Assembly: GCA_019695335.1 (NCBI GenBank)
Contig: JAIBAF010000013.1
Coordinates: 3,281-67,280 of the forward strand
DNA length: 64,000 nucleotides
Origin: a bacterium
GTDB lineage: Bacteria; CLD3; SB21
Direction of reading: 5' to 3'
Part shown: one piece after another, positions 63,644-64,000 of the stretch
Layout: each line of letters begins with the position of its first letter
How positions within the stretch are numbered: the stretch's first letter is position 1
Translations under genes and position numbers: made by a program
The notes under the pieces: model-generated
Told to the model about the DNA's origin: nothing
Databases searched by the model: none
What the model saw: the letters and a program-made list of their open reading frames with translations, nothing else

Positions 63644-64000
63644 TTACGGATGCGTGCGCCAGCGCCGTCCGTCTTTGGCGAGCAATAAATCCGAAGCCAA
63701 CGGTCCCCACGTTCCGGCCGGATAATTGGGAAAATCATTCGGTTTGGTTTTTTTCCAATAATTAATGATCGGCATCACCAACCACCACGCCACTTCCACC
63801 ATATCTTTTCGCATAAACAACGTCGCATCGCCGCGCAAACAGTCGAGAATTAAACGTTGGTATGCTTCAGCAATTTCAACGTTAAATGCATCATTGTAGG
63901 AAAATTGCATGTCGACCGATTTCAACTGCATGGTTGGACCCGGAACTTTAGCTTCAAATTTCATCGTAATCGATTCATCCGGCTGGATCTGCAGTATGAG
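63644..64000 (-). CDS. zwf: Glucose-6-phosphate dehydrogenase, C-terminal part (gene continues beyond the right edge)
   Basis: The translation continues upstream of the ORF-track Met (LILQIQPDESITMKFEAKVPG...AYQRLILDCLRGDATLF...YPAGTWGP), matching the G6PD C-terminal domain. Confidence 0.85.
   Translation of the reverse strand, partial: LILQIQPDESITMKFEAKVPGPTMQLKSVDMQFSYNDAFNVEIAEAYQRLILDCLRGDATLFMRKDMVEVAWWLVMPIINYWKKTKPNDFPNYPAGTWGPLASDLLLAKDGRRWRTHP

Noticed and set aside
1-64000. Search by eye for rRNA, tRNA, CRISPR arrays, transposases, integrases and reverse transcriptases
   Set aside because: I saw no regularly spaced direct repeats. No ORF has DDE, tyrosine-recombinase or RT motifs. 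No intergenic region is long or structured enough for an rRNA. A covariance-model scan (tRNAscan/Infernal) would be needed to exclude small RNAs formally.

Overview
This is a 64-kb chromosomal window from a Gram-negative bacterium that looks moderately AT-rich by eye. Two GWxTD-domain proteins, a BlaI/M56 pair, long-form PstC/PstA and a eukaryote-like kynurenine gene set suggest the FCB group (Ignavibacteria/Bacteroidota-like). The taxon cannot be fixed from the sequence alone. I count about 65 credible protein genes and five intrinsic terminators. I found no rRNA, tRNA, CRISPR array, transposase or integrase. Blocks from left to right: (i) 1-8.3 kb holds envelope and housekeeping genes, including a BlaI-type repressor, a sensor-less M56 protease and two copies of an ACTAC..GTAGT dyad. 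(ii) 8.4-15.1 kb is the most unusual part. It is a tightly coupled six-gene operon encoding a membrane-anchored 2x[4Fe-4S] flavoprotein, a 5-TM protein with two His-x13-His helices (putative di-heme b), a TM-anchored TPR protein, a 20-CxxCH cytochrome, a 9-CxxCH cytochrome and a predicted outer-membrane barrel. I read it as a candidate trans-envelope electron conduit wired to a cytoplasm-facing flavoprotein rather than to a recognisable quinol dehydrogenase. (iii) 15.9-26.6 kb is a complete Pho cluster, pstSCAB-phoU-phoBR plus DUF47-PiT, with phased TTAACA-like hexamers upstream. (iv) 26.6-39.0 kb is one long minus-strand gene string encoding the whole aerobic tryptophan-kynurenine route (TDO, formamidase candidate, KMO, kynureninase, 3-HAA dioxygenase) plus the ACMSD/aminomuconate branch. 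It is interrupted by a low-GC three-gene insert (SUFU-like protein, 81-aa protein, minimal nucleotidyltransferase). (v) 39-64 kb holds housekeeping genes (ferredoxin, APC permease, lpd, engB, asnS, mutS2, moeA, era, rimO, rpsU, PpiD-like, clpS, zwf fragment). Interspersed are small membrane and zinc-ribbon proteins, a 5'-nucleotidase-like protein with substituted metal ligands, an S8 protease with a CBM48-like tail and a palindrome-rich 475-bp intergenic region. All functional calls come from reading the translations and recalling family motifs; no database search was possible.
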